A DNA stretch of 64,000 nt from contig CAWIBO010000002.1 of the NCBI GenBank assembly GCA_963834385.1, positions 1,248,001 to 1,312,000 on the forward strand, given 5' to 3'. The notes under the pieces are model-generated. The model had not been told where the DNA came from, did not search any database, and saw only the letters and a program-made list of their open reading frames with translations. Positions 29,755-41,260 of this stretch are shown in pieces. Source of the DNA: an uncultured Verrucomicrobiae bacterium (GTDB lineage Bacteria; Verrucomicrobiota; Verrucomicrobiia; Chthoniobacterales; UBA10450). Position 1 is the first letter of the stretch. Each line of letters opens with the position of its first letter. The translations under genes were made by a program, and so were the position numbers.

Positions 29755-29782
29755 TTGACACCTTCGGGCCGTCCTCTAGTGT
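29755..29782 (+). promoter_or_regulatory. sigma70-like promoter of ppdK
   Basis: TTGACA-N16-TAGTGT, 34 nt upstream of ATG 29817. Confidence 0.5.
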
Positions 29783-29816
29783 GCGACTCCTCTCCGTTTT
29801 CATCCTTAAAAAATTC

Positions 29817-32619
29817 ATGGCTTCACGACTCAAAAAATCAGCAGCGCGCGCCCGTTCGACCGGGAAAAAGAGCAAAACCGTCCGGCCCGCGGCGAAGGCC
29901 GGGGCGAAGCCGGGCAAGTACGTTTACTACTTCGGCGACGGGAAAGCCGACGGGAATGGAAAGATGAAGTCGCTGCTCGGAGGGAAGGGCGCGAACCTGG
30001 CGGAGATGACGCGGATCGGCCTGCCGGTGCCCGCGGGTTACACGGCCAGCACTGAGGTCTGCACCTATTTTTACGCGCATAAGCGCACCTACCCAAAGGC
30101 GCTGGAAGCGCAGGTGGAGGAGGGAATCCGCCGGATGGAACGGAGCATGGGCACGACCTTTGGCGACACCCGGGCCATGCCGCTGCTGGTGGCAGTCCGT
30201 TCCGGTGCGCGCGATTCCATGCCCGGGATGATGGACACGATCCTGAACCTGGGGTTGAACGACCAGTCGGTCGTGGCGCTGGCAAAAGCGACCGGGAATG
30301 AGCGTTTCGCCTGGGATTGTTATCGCCGCTTCATCCAGATGTATGGGGATGTCGTCATGGGCGTGCAGAAAAAGCCGGAGGAGGATCACGAACCATTTGA
30401 GACCGTGATCGACGAGTTGAAGCACGAGCGTTACCAGCCGCGATGTCGAGGACACGAAGCTGACGGTGGACGATCTCAAGGAGATGGTGGCGCGTTTCCG
30501 CAAGCTGGTGAAGGAACGGACCGGCCGCCAGTTCCCGAACGATCCGCGCGAACAGCTCCGGGGCGCGATGGGCGCCGTTTTTGGTTCGTGGATGAACGAC
30601 CGCGCGATTGTTTACCGCCGCAAATACAACATTCCGCAGGAGTGGGGGACGGCCGTCAACGTGCAGGCCATGGTCTTCGGCAACACCGGGAGCAATTCCG
30701 GTTCCGGGGTGGCTTTCACCCGCGATCCCGCCACGGGCGAGAAGGTCTTTTACGGGGAATTTCTGATCAACGCGCAGGGCGAGGACGTGGTCGCGGGTGT
30801 GCGCACGCCCGAGCCGGTGGCCGACCTGAAGAAGCACCTGCCCAAGGCGCTGGTGGAACTGGAGCGGATTCGCAAGGTGCTGGAGACCCACTTCAAGGAT
30901 GTGCAGGACTTCGAGTTCACCATCCAGGACGGCAAGGTGTTCATGCTGCAGACGCGCAACGGGAAGCGCACCGGCGTGGCCGCGGTCAAGTTTGCCTGCG
31001 ACATGGTGCGCGAAAAATTGATCCCCTGGCAGACGGCGATCAACCGCGTGCCGGCCGACCAGCTCGACCAGGTGCTTGCGCCCGTCTTCGACCGGGCGGC
31101 GGTGGAAAAGGCCAAAGCGATCGCCACCGGCCTGCCGGCCGGTCCCGGTGCGGCCACCGGGCGCGTTTACTTCAACGCCGATCGCGCGGCCGCAGCGGCC
31201 GCCCGCGGCGAGAAAGTGCTCCTGGTGCGGGTGGAAACCTCGCCGGAAGACCTCCGCGGCATGATTGCGGCCGAGGGAATCCTGACCGCACGGGGCGGTG
31301 TTTCCTCGCACGCCGCGCTGGTCGCGCGGCAGATGGGCAAGGTTTGCGTCTGCGGCGCGGCGGCCCTGAACATTGATTACCGGGCCAAGACGATGACGGT
31401 GGACGGGGCGGTGTTCCGCGAAGGAGAGGATCACCTGTCGATCGATGGAACGAGCGGCACGGTCTATGCCGGGCAGCTCCCGACCGCGCCCTCGGAGATC
31501 ATCCAGGGATTGCTGGACGGGAACAAGGCGGCGCAGAAGAGCGAGACCTATCGCAATTTCTCCCAGCTGATGGAGTGGTGTGGCCGGGTCGCGCGTATGG
31601 AAGTAAGGACCAACGCGGACACGCCGGAACAGGTGGAAAACGCAGTCTCCTTCGGCGCGTCCGGCGTGGGGCTTTGCCGGACCGAGCATATGTTCTTCGA
31701 AGGGGACCGGATTGACGCCATGCGGCAGATGATCCTGGCCCGGAAAATCGAGGACCGGCAGGCGGCGCTGGCCAAGCTGCTTCCCTACCAGAAAAGCGAT
31801 TTCATCGGCATCTTCAAGGCGCTTAAGGGCAAGCCGGCCACGATCCGCCTGCTCGATCCGCCGCTGCATGAATTTCTGCCGCAGGATCATGGCGCGCAAA
31901 GCGCGCTGGCCGACAAGATGGGGGTGAAAGCCGAGGAAATTTCGCGCCGGGTGCACGAGCTCCACGAGCAGAACCCGATGCTGGGACATCGCGGCTGCCG
32001 TCTCGGAATTTCCTTTCCTGAGGTCACAGAGATGCAGGCGCGCGCCATCTTCGAGGCCGCGGCCGAGGTGCAGAAGAAAGGGACCGAGGTCCGGGCCGAG
32101 GTCATGATTCCGCTCGTCGGTTTTGCCCGCGAATTCGAGCACCAGGCGGAGATCGTTCGCCGGGTGGCCGACGAGGTCCAGAAGGAGAAGAAGGTGAAGC
32201 TGAATTACCTCGTTGGCACCATGATCGAGGTTCCGCGGGGCGCGCTCGCGGCCGATCGGATCGCCGAGACCGCTGAATTTTTCAGCTTTGGCACCAACGA
32301 CCTGACCCAGACCGCGCTGGGCATGAGCCGCGACGACAGCGGTTCCTTCCTGCCGCACTACGCCGAGCTGGAGATCATCAAGGGAAATCCCTTCGCCACC
32401 ATCGACCAGGACGGCGTGGGCCGTCTGATGGAGATCGCGGTGGAGAAGGGGCGCAGCACCCGGCCGAAGATCAAGCTGGGCATCTGTGGCGAACATGGCG
32501 GCGATCCGGCTTCGGTGAAGTTTTGTCACCGTCTCGGTCTGGCCTATGTGAGCTGCAGCCCTTTCCGCGTCCCGATTGCGCGGCTCGCGGCGGCCCAGGC
32601 CGCCCTGGCCGACGCCTAG
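29817..32619 (+). pseudogene. ppdK: Pyruvate phosphate dikinase, split by a frameshift near 30441 (pseudogene or sequence error)
   Basis: 5' frame has [12 protein letters not shown] and [15 protein letters not shown]. 3' frame has [46 protein letters not shown] and GICGEHGG. Junction is TAC CAG CCG C GAT GTC. Confidence 0.9.
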
Positions 32620-34105
32620 TCGGCGACTGGTTCCAGACGGTAGAGCGCGACGTCCGATTCGAAAGAAGCGGGTTCGCGCCGGAGAAGGGTCAGCCCCGGG
32701 GCAACCTCGGCGGGAAATCGCGCGGGCAGGGAATTTTCCACCTGCGTGGTTACAAGGTGGGTCACGCCGCGGCGGCGAAGCGATTGCAGGAACGCTTCCG
32801 GTTCGCGCGGGAACAGCGGGAGATCGATGGTGCGCACGAAACGATCGGGGCCCAGCCGGGAAAGAACGCGCACCGCCGGGTCGTCGGAAAAGACGAGGCC
32901 TCGGCCGACGTCACGCAGCAGGCGGGCGACCTGCTGGCGGGCCCGGTCATTTTCGATCATCGGGGGGAAGGCGGGGAGCTGTCGCGGGCTGCCTCCCAGA
33001 GCGCGAGTCCGGCGAGGAGAAGAACGAGCCAGCGCCAGCGCGGAAGATCGCGGGCCATCTGGCCGAACCAGGCAAAGAGCGGCACCCCCAGGCAGAAGAA
33101 GAGAAGCCCGTAGCGCACCCAGAGAACCGGCTGGCTCCGCGTGACGTAGGCCAGGAGGAGAAAGGCGAGCGCACCGGCGAAGCCGCCCGCCACCAGGAGG
33201 GGCGCCCTTCGTGTTTCGCCCGCTGGACAGCGGACGAGGAAAAACCCGGCGCCGAGCGCGCCGAGAAAAATCGGGAGATTGGCCCCGAAGAAGAAGAAAA
33301 CCAGATCTCGCCAGACATCCGAAAAATCGAGGGAATGCCGGGAGGGGTTTTGCTCGAAGTAAGCCTGGAGATAGACGTGCCGGGCCGAAAAGTAGGAAAG
33401 AACGTCGCCGGTCGAGTACCACGAGAGAAGGAGCCAGGCGAGTGGCGGCAGAAGGAGAATCAGCGCGGGCAGAAAGGGAAAACGGCGTTGTCCCTGCCAG
33501 GCGGCCACGAGGAAAAGAGGAGAGATCGCCCAGGCTTCGAGGCGCATGGTTCCGGCGAACGCGAGTACAAGGGCGCCGAACCCCCAACGTCCGGCGCAGG
33601 CGGCGGTGAGCGCGGCCACGACGAGAGTAGCGTGTGGCACATCGGTCATGGAGGCGGCGGAATAGAGGAGGTGCATCGGGTTGAAGGCCACGAAGAGGAA
33701 CGCGAGCACGGCGAAGAGACGGCGACGGGTCAGGCGAAACGTGAGCGTGTGAACGAGGAGGCAGCCCGCGGCGCCAAACAGGGTCGTGAGCAAACGCGCG
33801 GCCATGAGCGGTTCGAGGCCGGGGAGGCTGAACAAGACGGCCAGCGCCTGGTAACCCGGAAGCCAGAAACCGTAAAAGTCGCGCGGCTCCGGGAGTCCTT
33901 CCCCCCAGCGCGCGGCGAGAATTCCTGTTTGTTCCGCGTAGGACCAGGCGTCCTGCTCGGGATTGGGCAGGAACGCGAGCGCCGCCAGGCGCGGCGCCAG
34001 GGCGACGAGAAAGAGAACGATTCCGCCTCGCCACGACGCCACGCCCTGCCGGGCCGCCGTGGTCAGCGCCGGGCGCCCGAGGTGGCCGAGAGGTATTTCT
34101 GCCAT
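32616..34105 (-). pseudogene. GT-C type (ArnT/PMT-like) membrane glycosyltransferase, frameshifted near 32960-33000
   Basis: Polytopic ORF 34105-32957 (EQDAWSY, FWLPGYQ, NPMHLLYSAASMTDVP, RLEAW). The soluble C-terminus (RQLPAFPPMIENDRARQQVARLL...FLQSLRRRGVTHLV...LYRL) continues in another frame to 32616. Confidence 0.7.
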
Positions 34106-36450
34106 GCGGCCCATGAGCGCTCCCAATTTTGCTGCGCGGTCCAGGCCGTGGCCTCGAGATAATGGAAGTAGGCCGGGACATCCGCGTTGGCCGTGAAGCG
34201 GCGAAGCGTCACCAGGGCGTCATCGACCTGGCCGCCGCGCAGTTGTTCCCGGTAGAGCGCGTAGCCGGCACCGTAGGCGGTGGCGTCGCGGTAAGCCGCA
34301 CGCTGCAGGTCGGTGAGCGCACCCGGCGCAGGCTCGGGCAGCACCGGCGCCGGAACGAAGCGCCGGGCCAGTTCGACGGCGGCGCGCAGATCGCCCTGCG
34401 CAGCATGCCATTCCGCCACGGCCGGCCAGGCCTGTTCAAGAAGACCGGGCCGGCGTTCCACCAGACGAACAAGGTCAGCCATCTCGCCGCGCCGGGCCCA
34501 GACGTCAAAGAGGCGTTTTTGCTCGTCGCGTGAAAGCTTTTCAAGGTCGGGATGCCGCTCGAGGAATTGCTGCAAGACGCTGTTGAAGTCCGCGTCATCG
34601 AGCCAGCCAAGATACTCCAGCATGAGACCAGGCTGGAGACGGGCCAGGCCACCCAGGGCACGCCGCATCCCGGGATCGGTTTTCACCGGCGCGATCGAGA
34701 GCATGTAGGAGAAAAGCCGGGGCCCTTCCGGGCCGGCGCGGTGGAGCGCCTCGCGCCAGGCGGTCACCGCGAGGGTCGGCACGGCATTCATCCAGATTCG
34801 GCCTTCCTCGAGGGGGACGGTGGGTGAGTTGGGCTCGAGAAAACGGGCCCGTCGGAAGTCCTGCAGGGCTTCGGCGGGCCGGCCAAGGCCGAGCTGGGCG
34901 TTGGCCCGGACAAAATAAAGCTGCCAGTCGAGCGGCGTCCATTGCAGGGCGGTGGCGACATGATCGAGCCCGGCCTGGAAGTTGCGGCCGCGATTGGCGA
35001 CAACGGCTTTCTGGCGTTCGTGCTCGGCCCCGAGACGTCCCGGCCAGGCCTTGTCGCCGCGTTCGGCCACGATCCAGCTCAAGCCCAGCGGAATGAGGAG
35101 AAGGCCGACGACCCGGAACAGGATCGGCACGACCCGGCTCCGTCCCGTCCGCAAGGGCCGGTGCAGGGAAAGACCAAAGAGAAAGATGGCCGCGTAAACC
35201 GTGCCGACGCGATGCCCGGAAACATCGACCAGGCCATGGAGGGCGAAGAGCGCTGCGCCGAGGAGCGTGGCGAGCCGAAGCCGCTGGTTGGTCCCTTCGC
35301 GGAGCGGCAGAACCAGGCGGGCAAGAACAAGGAGGCCAAGAAGAACAAGACCGACCGCGGGCCATCCCATCTCGGCGGCCAGCCAGAACCAGTCGCTCTC
35401 CGGATGCAGCGCGCGCGAGTTCGCCTGCGAGGCGTCGCGGAAAACCGCGAAGACATACTCGAAATTGCCGAGGCCAATGCCCGTCCACGGTGCGGTGGAG
35501 GTCAGCTGCAGGGCGTCGCGGAAGATGAGAAGACGAAAGTCGCCGGAGATCCCGGCCGCGGCGTCGCCGCGCAACTGGAAGCGGTCCAGCGTTTTTCCGC
35601 CGAAAACCAGCAGGGCGGTGAGGAGCGCGAGCATAACCGAAAGGGCCAGGGCGATGCGCGCGGGTGACGGTTTGCGCAGGAGGAGCGCGGCCAGCCAGAG
35701 GATGCTTCCTCCCGCAACGATGGCGAGGCCGGCGCGGGAAAAGTTGAGAATCACGGCGGCGATGACGGTGGCCAGCCCGAGGCTCCAGATGACGCCGCGG
35801 ATCCATTTCCTTTTTCGGAAGTCCTCCTCCATGCAGGCGAGGATGAGGATCGCGGTGATGCCGAAGAGGTTGCCGGTCTGGTTGCGGTTGGGGAAGGGAC
35901 CGAAGTTTCGCTGGTTATGCCAGAAAGGGAGGCTGGAACCGGCGGCGTAAAGAAGCAGGCAGAGAGCAGCCAGAACAACGATCCCGAGCGCAAAAAGCCG
36001 GAGCTGGAAGCGAACCTCGCGCAGTTCGAACTCACTCCCGGCGATGTTGTAAAGCCAGGCCACTCCGGCGATGAGGCTGAGGAGGCAACCAAAGGTGACC
36101 CAGGGCTGCGGCGAAACCGTGCCGGGAAGCGGGATCTCAAAGTCCGCGGTCACCGCGGTGCGCCAGGCCGGGGCGGCTCCGAAAAGGTCGGCCGGGAGAA
36201 AGGCGAGGATGGCATAGCCGACGAAGGCCAGGAGAAGAAGGTTGAACCAGAGGCCGAGGGAACGCAGGGGGGGATCGACCAGAAGGAGGAGGCCCACCAG
36301 CAAAACCACGATGCCTTCCGCCCATTTTTCCGTGGCGCCGCCGAGGAAACAGGCGATGACCGGGATCCAGGCGGCGGTGGCATTAAGCCAGCGCGGCTGG
36401 CCGATCAGGCGGCGGGCTGAGGAGGAGGGAGCGGGAGGGGCTTGGGCCAT
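34063..36450 (-). CDS. O-antigen ligase (Wzy_C)-family membrane protein with C-terminal TPR region
   Basis: About 12 TM segments, GPFPNRNQ, NFSRAG, PWTGIGLGNF, HPESDW, HGLVD, then helical TPR-like repeats (ALQDFRRARFLEP). Confidence 0.85.
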   Translation of the reverse strand: MAQAPPAPSSSARRLIGQPRWLNATAAWIPVIACFLGGATEKWAEGIVVLLVGLLLLVDPPLRSLGLWFNLLLLAFVGYAILAFLPADLFGAAPAWRTAVTADFEIPLPGTVSPQPWVTFGCLLSLIAGVAWLYNIAGSEFELREVRFQLRLFALGIVVLAALCLLLYAAGSSLPFWHNQRNFGPFPNRNQTGNLFGITAILILACMEEDFRKRKWIRGVIWSLGLATVIAAVILNFSRAGLAIVAGGSILWLAALLLRKPSPARIALALSVMLALLTALLVFGGKTLDRFQLRGDAAAGISGDFRLLIFRDALQLTSTAPWTGIGLGNFEYVFAVFRDASQANSRALHPESDWFWLAAEMGWPAVGLVLLGLLVLARLVLPLREGTNQRLRLATLLGAALFALHGLVDVSGHRVGTVYAAIFLFGLSLHRPLRTGRSRVVPILFRVVGLLLIPLGLSWIVAERGDKAWPGRLGAEHERQKAVVANRGRNFQAGLDHVATALQWTPLDWQLYFVRANAQLGLGRPAEALQDFRRARFLEPNSPTVPLEEGRIWMNAVPTLAVTAWREALHRAGPEGPRLFSYMLSIAPVKTDPGMRRALGGLARLQPGLMLEYLGWLDDADFNSVLQQFLERHPDLEKLSRDEQKRLFDVWARRGEMADLVRLVERRPGLLEQAWPAVAEWHAAQGDLRAAVELARRFVPAPVLPEPAPGALTDLQRAAYRDATAYGAGYALYREQLRGGQVDDALVTLRRFTANADVPAYFHYLEATAWTAQQNWERSWAAWQKYLSATSGARR

Positions 36451-36470
36451 TGGGTGGCGGCAACAACTTT

Positions 36471-36486
36471 TGGTATGCTAATAGCT
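36471..36486 (+). promoter_or_regulatory. sigma54-like -24/-12 box upstream of the priming glycosyltransferase
   Basis: TGGTATGCTAATAGCT, exact GG-N10-GC spacing, intergenic. Confidence 0.55.
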
Positions 36487-36597
36487 CAATCTGTCTCAGC
36501 TTCTTCCTGCTGTGCTTACTTCCAAATTTCACTCCCGCCAAGCCTCCGTTACGGTGCGACCGTGCCGGTCCCGGCCTGGCCGTGAAGGCCGACTCCG

Positions 36598-38004
36598 ATG
36601 GTAACACAGCGGACGGAGGGCCTTTACCGCCTTTTCCTGCTCTGCCAGATCGCGGTGGTGGCCGCTCTTTTCTGGTTCGGGGTCTGGATCATGGTGACTT
36701 TTTACTCGGAAAGCGCCGAACTGACCTGGCGGCGTTACAGCATCTATTGCTTCGCCCTCATCCTCGGCCTGACCTTTGAGTCGCTCAGCCGGAACGGGGC
36801 CAAGACCTACTTCATGCAGAGCGAGCTGCTGCGGCAGCATCGGCTGAGCCTGCGGCAGACTTTCGCGAGCACGGGCGCGCTGGTGCTTTACCTGATCGCG
36901 ACGAAGGACGCTTTCATTTCGCGAATCTTTTTCTTCAACTTCATTCCGTGGCTCTACGTCGCGCTGCTCTTTTCCCATCACTACCTGCCGGCCTTCCTGG
37001 CCCGTGGAATTTTTGCGGGGGTGCGCGAGGAGAAAACTTTGCTCGTGGGGACAACGCGGAAGGCGACGCAGTTGAAGCCGTGGTTGCGGCGGAAAAGCGA
37101 GATCGGGCTGCGCGCCGTCGGCATGTTGTGCGACGAGGGCATCGCCTCGACCGACGACGGCATTCCGGTGCTGGGCCGGACGGACGACGTGGAGCGCGTG
37201 GTGCGGGAGCATGGGATCACGCAGATCATCCTGCTCGAGTTTCCCGAGTTCAGTGCGGTCAGTGAGCGGCTGATCCGCGCCTGCGACCAGCTGGGCGTGC
37301 GCCTGATTATCGTGAGCGACCTGGAGGAGAAACTAAAACACCCGATCCGTTATTTCGAGGACGACGGGTTTCGCTTTATCGGTCTGCGGGAGGAGCCGCT
37401 CGAGAATCCGCTCAATCGCTTCCTGAAACGGGCCATCGACGTGTCGATCTCGCTGCCGGTGACCCTTTTCGTCCTGCCTCCGCTCGCTCTCCTGGTCTGG
37501 ATCGTGCAGCGCGTGCAGTCGCCCGGGCCGCTCCTGCATGCCCAGGTCCGGGCCGGCCTGCAGAACCGCCAGTTCACCATCTACAAGTTTCGCACGATGC
37601 GCCCGGACAACGACGAGGTCAGCCGGCAGGCCGCGATGGACGACGAGCGCGTTTATCCCGCGGGCCGTTTTCTACGGAAGTTCAGTCTCGATGAGGTGCC
37701 GCAGTTCCTGAATGTTCTGCGGGGCGAGATGAGCGTAGTGGGTCCCCGGCCGCACTTGATTGAGCACAACAACCAGTTTGCACAGTTGATGCAGGACTAC
37801 CATGTGCGGGCCTTCGTGAAACCGGGCATCACCGGCCTGGCGCAGGTCCGCGGCTTCCGGGGAGAAGCGCGCGACAGTTCCGATATCGCGAACCGGGTGG
37901 CCTGCGACATCGAGTTTCTGGAAAACTGGAACCTTTCGCTCGAGCTGGGCATCATCCTGCGCACCTTTGTGCAGGTGGCGTTTCCGCCGCGGTCCGCCTA
38001 CTAG
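36598..38004 (+). CDS. Polyprenyl glycosylphosphotransferase (WcaJ-like priming transferase)
   Basis: Four N-terminal TM segments, [49 protein letters not shown]. Confidence 0.93.
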   Translation: MVTQRTEGLYRLFLLCQIAVVAALFWFGVWIMVTFYSESAELTWRRYSIYCFALILGLTFESLSRNGAKTYFMQSELLRQHRLSLRQTFASTGALVLYLIATKDAFISRIFFFNFIPWLYVALLFSHHYLPAFLARGIFAGVREEKTLLVGTTRKATQLKPWLRRKSEIGLRAVGMLCDEGIASTDDGIPVLGRTDDVERVVREHGITQIILLEFPEFSAVSERLIRACDQLGVRLIIVSDLEEKLKHPIRYFEDDGFRFIGLREEPLENPLNRFLKRAIDVSISLPVTLFVLPPLALLVWIVQRVQSPGPLLHAQVRAGLQNRQFTIYKFRTMRPDNDEVSRQAAMDDERVYPAGRFLRKFSLDEVPQFLNVLRGEMSVVGPRPHLIEHNNQFAQLMQDYHVRAFVKPGITGLAQVRGFRGEARDSSDIANRVACDIEFLENWNLSLELGIILRTFVQVAFPPRSAY

Positions 38005-38867
38005 CGGACAGCCGCAGGAGACTGCCGGCGTTTGCGAAGCTCGTAGGTTTTCGCCACCGAGAGCAACTCGTAAAAGGCATGGAGCCGCGCGAAGTAATAT
38101 CCTTCGCGGCCGTCGAGAAAGCCTTTTTGCCAGACGTAGATGTAGAGGAAACGGAGGAGCGGGCGGAACGGAAGGCGGTGTGAGAGCGTCTTGAGGCGAC
38201 GGCGCCGGCTCACGGGTTGCGCAGCGAGGGATCCGGAACTGCCGACAAGATGTTCGGCAGCGGCGACGCGCGCTTCCCAGTTCGAGTAGCGATTGTGCTT
38301 CTCGACAAACACGGCCACGGAGGGAAAGGCGTAATGGTCCATCTCAGAGCGGAGCCGCGCGGTCGGTCCCTGCACAATGACATGCTCGTGGACTTCGTTG
38401 TCGCCGCTCTCCGTCACCGCATCGGTCAGTTTTTCGTAGCGGCCAAGGGCGTGACGGAAGAGACGCAGATTCCAGTTTGGATAATAAGAGTGGCGCAGCC
38501 ATCGGCCCATGAACATGAAGCGGCGGTTGATCCAGTAACCGGCGATCTCACCGGCCTCGGCGATGGCGTGCCGAAACTCCTCCTCCGCCTCCGGCGGCAG
38601 GACTTCGTCCGCGTCCAGGATAAAGACCCAGGGATGGCGAAAGGGGATGCTTTCCAGCGCCCAGTTCTTTTTCTTCGGCCAGGTGCCGCCGAAATGAAAC
38701 TGGACCACGCGGGCGCCGAGACCTTCGGCCACCCGCACCGAATCATCCGTGCTCTGCGAGTCGACCACGATGATCTCCTCCGCCCAGGCGACGGACCCGA
38801 GGGCGCGCGGGAGATTCTCCGCCTCGTTGCGAATCGGGACGATGACGGAAACGGGAACCTTATTCAT
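38001..38867 (-). CDS. Glycosyltransferase family 2
   Basis: VSVIVPIRNE, VVDSQSTD, ILDADE, VHEH, GFLDGREG. Confidence 0.9.
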   Translation of the reverse strand: MNKVPVSVIVPIRNEAENLPRALGSVAWAEEIIVVDSQSTDDSVRVAEGLGARVVQFHFGGTWPKKKNWALESIPFRHPWVFILDADEVLPPEAEEEFRHAIAEAGEIAGYWINRRFMFMGRWLRHSYYPNWNLRLFRHALGRYEKLTDAVTESGDNEVHEHVIVQGPTARLRSEMDHYAFPSVAVFVEKHNRYSNWEARVAAAEHLVGSSGSLAAQPVSRRRRLKTLSHRLPFRPLLRFLYIYVWQKGFLDGREGYYFARLHAFYELLSVAKTYELRKRRQSPAAVR

Positions 38868-39597
38868 GCTCAAGGGCGCGAGGGTCGAGAAAGATCCAGT
38901 AGAACGGGCCGGAGCGATGTTCCCACTGGAGGTAGCGCGAAAGCCAGCCGTGCCCGCCGGCCCGAGGGCCGGGCAGAGGACGCGGCTGGGGCTTGATCCA
39001 ATGGGCGTCGTGCGTCGCCGCGAACCGTTGGCAGATCTCGCCTCCGAGACCGTCGTCCGGGGCATGGACTTCGGAAAGGATGGTGGCGTGGCGAAGCCCG
39101 GGCACCCGTTCCGGATCGAGGAGGATGCGTTCGTAGCCTTCCACGTCCGTGACCAGGAGCGACCCGGGGCGCAAGGCCTCCTGCAGATCGACCGGTTCAC
39201 AGCGTCCCCGGATGGCGATCATCTCTTCGACGCCGTTGGCGCAGGCCAGTTTCTGGAGAAGGTCACGCCCTTTTTTTTCCTGTTCAAAAGCGACCACGCT
39301 GGCCCCTGGAAGGGCGCGCGCGAAGCCCACGGCGTAATATCCTTCCGCCGCCCCGACATCGACGACGTGGTCGAAACGGCGGCGAAGGAGCCGGTCAATG
39401 ATCGGATGCAGTTCGGCTTCATAGGTCCCGAGCAGCTTCGGGCCAAGGGCGCTTCCGATGGAAGTCAGAATATAATCCATCCCGACAAAGGGACCGCTGG
39501 AAACCTTGCCGCCGGTGAGAAGGAAAGCGACCAGACCCGGGATGGTGCGCTGGCGAATGGCGCCGAGAAAAATGCGGAGGCGAAAACGCAGCTTCAT
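38860..39597 (-). CDS. Class I SAM-dependent methyltransferase (FkbM-like)
   Basis: LLGTYE, VVDVGAAEGYY, VAFE, DVEGYE. Confidence 0.82.
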   Translation of the reverse strand: MKLRFRLRIFLGAIRQRTIPGLVAFLLTGGKVSSGPFVGMDYILTSIGSALGPKLLGTYEAELHPIIDRLLRRRFDHVVDVGAAEGYYAVGFARALPGASVVAFEQEKKGRDLLQKLACANGVEEMIAIRGRCEPVDLQEALRPGSLLVTDVEGYERILLDPERVPGLRHATILSEVHAPDDGLGGEICQRFAATHDAHWIKPQPRPLPGPRAGGHGWLSRYLQWEHRSGPFYWIFLDPRALEHE

Positions 39598-40694
39598 GCG
39601 ACGGGAGAAGAGGTGGGGCGAAGGAGAGTGGTGTAGCCGGAAAGATAACCATCGAGCATGCGGTCGGTGGTGAAACGCGCGGCATTTTGCAGGCCTGCGG
39701 CCACCAGCGCATCGCGGAAGGCCGGATCCCGGAGGGAAAGGATGTGCTGAACAATCTGGCCTGCCTCAGAGGGATCGTGATAAAGCGCACCGGCGCCGCC
39801 GATCTCGGGAAGAGAGGTGGCGTTGCTGCAAATCACGGGGCAACCACAGCTCTGCGCTTCGATCACCGGCCAGCCGAAGCCTTCATAAGTGGAGGGGAAC
39901 AGCAGGGCAAAGGCGCTGGAATAAAGCGCCTCCAGTTCCCGGTCATCCGGATGCGGCACGGTGATCAGGCGGTCTCCCGCGCCCGCGGAGGCGAGGAGAG
40001 CCGCGTCGGGCGGGTCGCCGGCGAAGACAAGACGGAACTCCGAGGAATCGAGGAGGGAAAGGGCCTGGACAAGCACGGCCCGGTTCTTCCGGGCGTAGTT
40101 GGCCCCGACATGGAGAAGAAACGGCCGGTCGAGCAGGCGTTTGTCGCGGAGACGCTGTGCGCATTCGGCCCGGGAGAGGCGTTGATAGGAACGCTGCTGG
40201 CCGAGGTGGACAACGCGAGCCGGGGGAGCGGCCGGCCCGAACAGGCGCCGAAGCGTTTCGAGGGTAAAACCGGAATCGCAGAAGGCGAGCGAGGCGGCTT
40301 GCAGGCCCCGGCGGAGGCGTTGCGAAAGAATGGAGTGCCAAATCCTGTCGAGGCCGCCGCGCGGTTCCACGCGATCCTCCAAAGCGGAGAGGTCGTGGCA
40401 GGTGACGACGGCGGGTCGCCGGGGTGAACGCGCGATGGCGGCATACCAGGCGTTCCCCTGGTCGGCCACGTGCACCAGGTCGAAGCGTTCATCATCCAGC
40501 CGGCGCAGACGCTGCTCGAAGCGCCATTTCTCCAAACGATTGTGCCAGCGTCCGCCGCGCCCGGGACTTGTTTCCGGCTGGAGGAGAACAGCTTCAAGGC
40601 CGCGGCTGACCAGGCCTTCCTGCAGCAGACGCGCGAAGCGGTGCATGCTCTCGCGGGGATCGCCGGGATGATTGCCGAGAATCGCGATCCTCAC
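39594..40694 (-). CDS. Glycosyltransferase family 4
   Basis: TCHDL, LHVGANYARKN, FPSTYEGFGWPVIEAQSCGCPV. Confidence 0.9.
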   Translation of the reverse strand: MRIAILGNHPGDPRESMHRFARLLQEGLVSRGLEAVLLQPETSPGRGGRWHNRLEKWRFEQRLRRLDDERFDLVHVADQGNAWYAAIARSPRRPAVVTCHDLSALEDRVEPRGGLDRIWHSILSQRLRRGLQAASLAFCDSGFTLETLRRLFGPAAPPARVVHLGQQRSYQRLSRAECAQRLRDKRLLDRPFLLHVGANYARKNRAVLVQALSLLDSSEFRLVFAGDPPDAALLASAGAGDRLITVPHPDDRELEALYSSAFALLFPSTYEGFGWPVIEAQSCGCPVICSNATSLPEIGGAGALYHDPSEAGQIVQHILSLRDPAFRDALVAAGLQNAARFTTDRMLDGYLSGYTTLLRPTSSPVA

Positions 40695-41260
40695 GATTCG
40701 CGATCATGCTCGCGAACAAGTGGCCGCGCGGGATTTCCCACCACGGTTGTCCCCGGGGCGACGTCACGGGTGACCACGGCGCAGGCCCCAACAATGGCGC
40801 GCTCTCCCACTGTGACACCCGGCATGACGAAAGCGCGGGCGCCGACGAAGGCATCAGCGCCGATGGTAATCCTGGCCACCTGCAGAGGGAGGGCTTCCTC
40901 GCCGAAATCGTGCGTGCCGGTATTAAGATAGGCTTCCTGGGCGACGGTGGCGCGCGGGCCGATCTCGATTTCGCCGAGGGAATAGGCATTGGCGCGGTCG
41001 CCCAGGCAGGCGCGGTCGCCGAGGGTGAGGTTCCAGGGAATGGCAATGCGAGCGCGCTGATGGACAAAGGGAGTGCCGTCAATCCGGGCATTGAACACAC
41101 GCAGCCAGAAAAGACGCCAGACGTTCGCCGGTTTCGGCGTCCAGACGCAGAAGACGACCCAGCAAAATTCCCAGAGGACCCGCAGCAAACGGTCACCCGC
41201 GGGCCAGGGCGACTCGAACTGCGACGCCTGCGCTGGTTTAACCGTGAGTTGCTCGTTCAT
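40691..41260 (-). CDS. WcaF-like hexapeptide-repeat acetyltransferase
   Basis: WRLFWLRVFNARI, PWNLTLGD, TGTHD, GVTVGERAIVGA, GNPAR. Confidence 0.88.
   Translation of the reverse strand: MNEQLTVKPAQASQFESPWPAGDRLLRVLWEFCWVVFCVWTPKPANVWRLFWLRVFNARIDGTPFVHQRARIAIPWNLTLGDRACLGDRANAYSLGEIEIGPRATVAQEAYLNTGTHDFGEEALPLQVARITIGADAFVGARAFVMPGVTVGERAIVGACAVVTRDVAPGTTVVGNPARPLVREHDRES

Noticed and set aside
30441..31376. C-terminal part of the 531-aa ORF 29781-31376
   Set aside because: It is out-of-frame read-through after the ppdK frameshift (Arg/Gly/Pro-rich junk).
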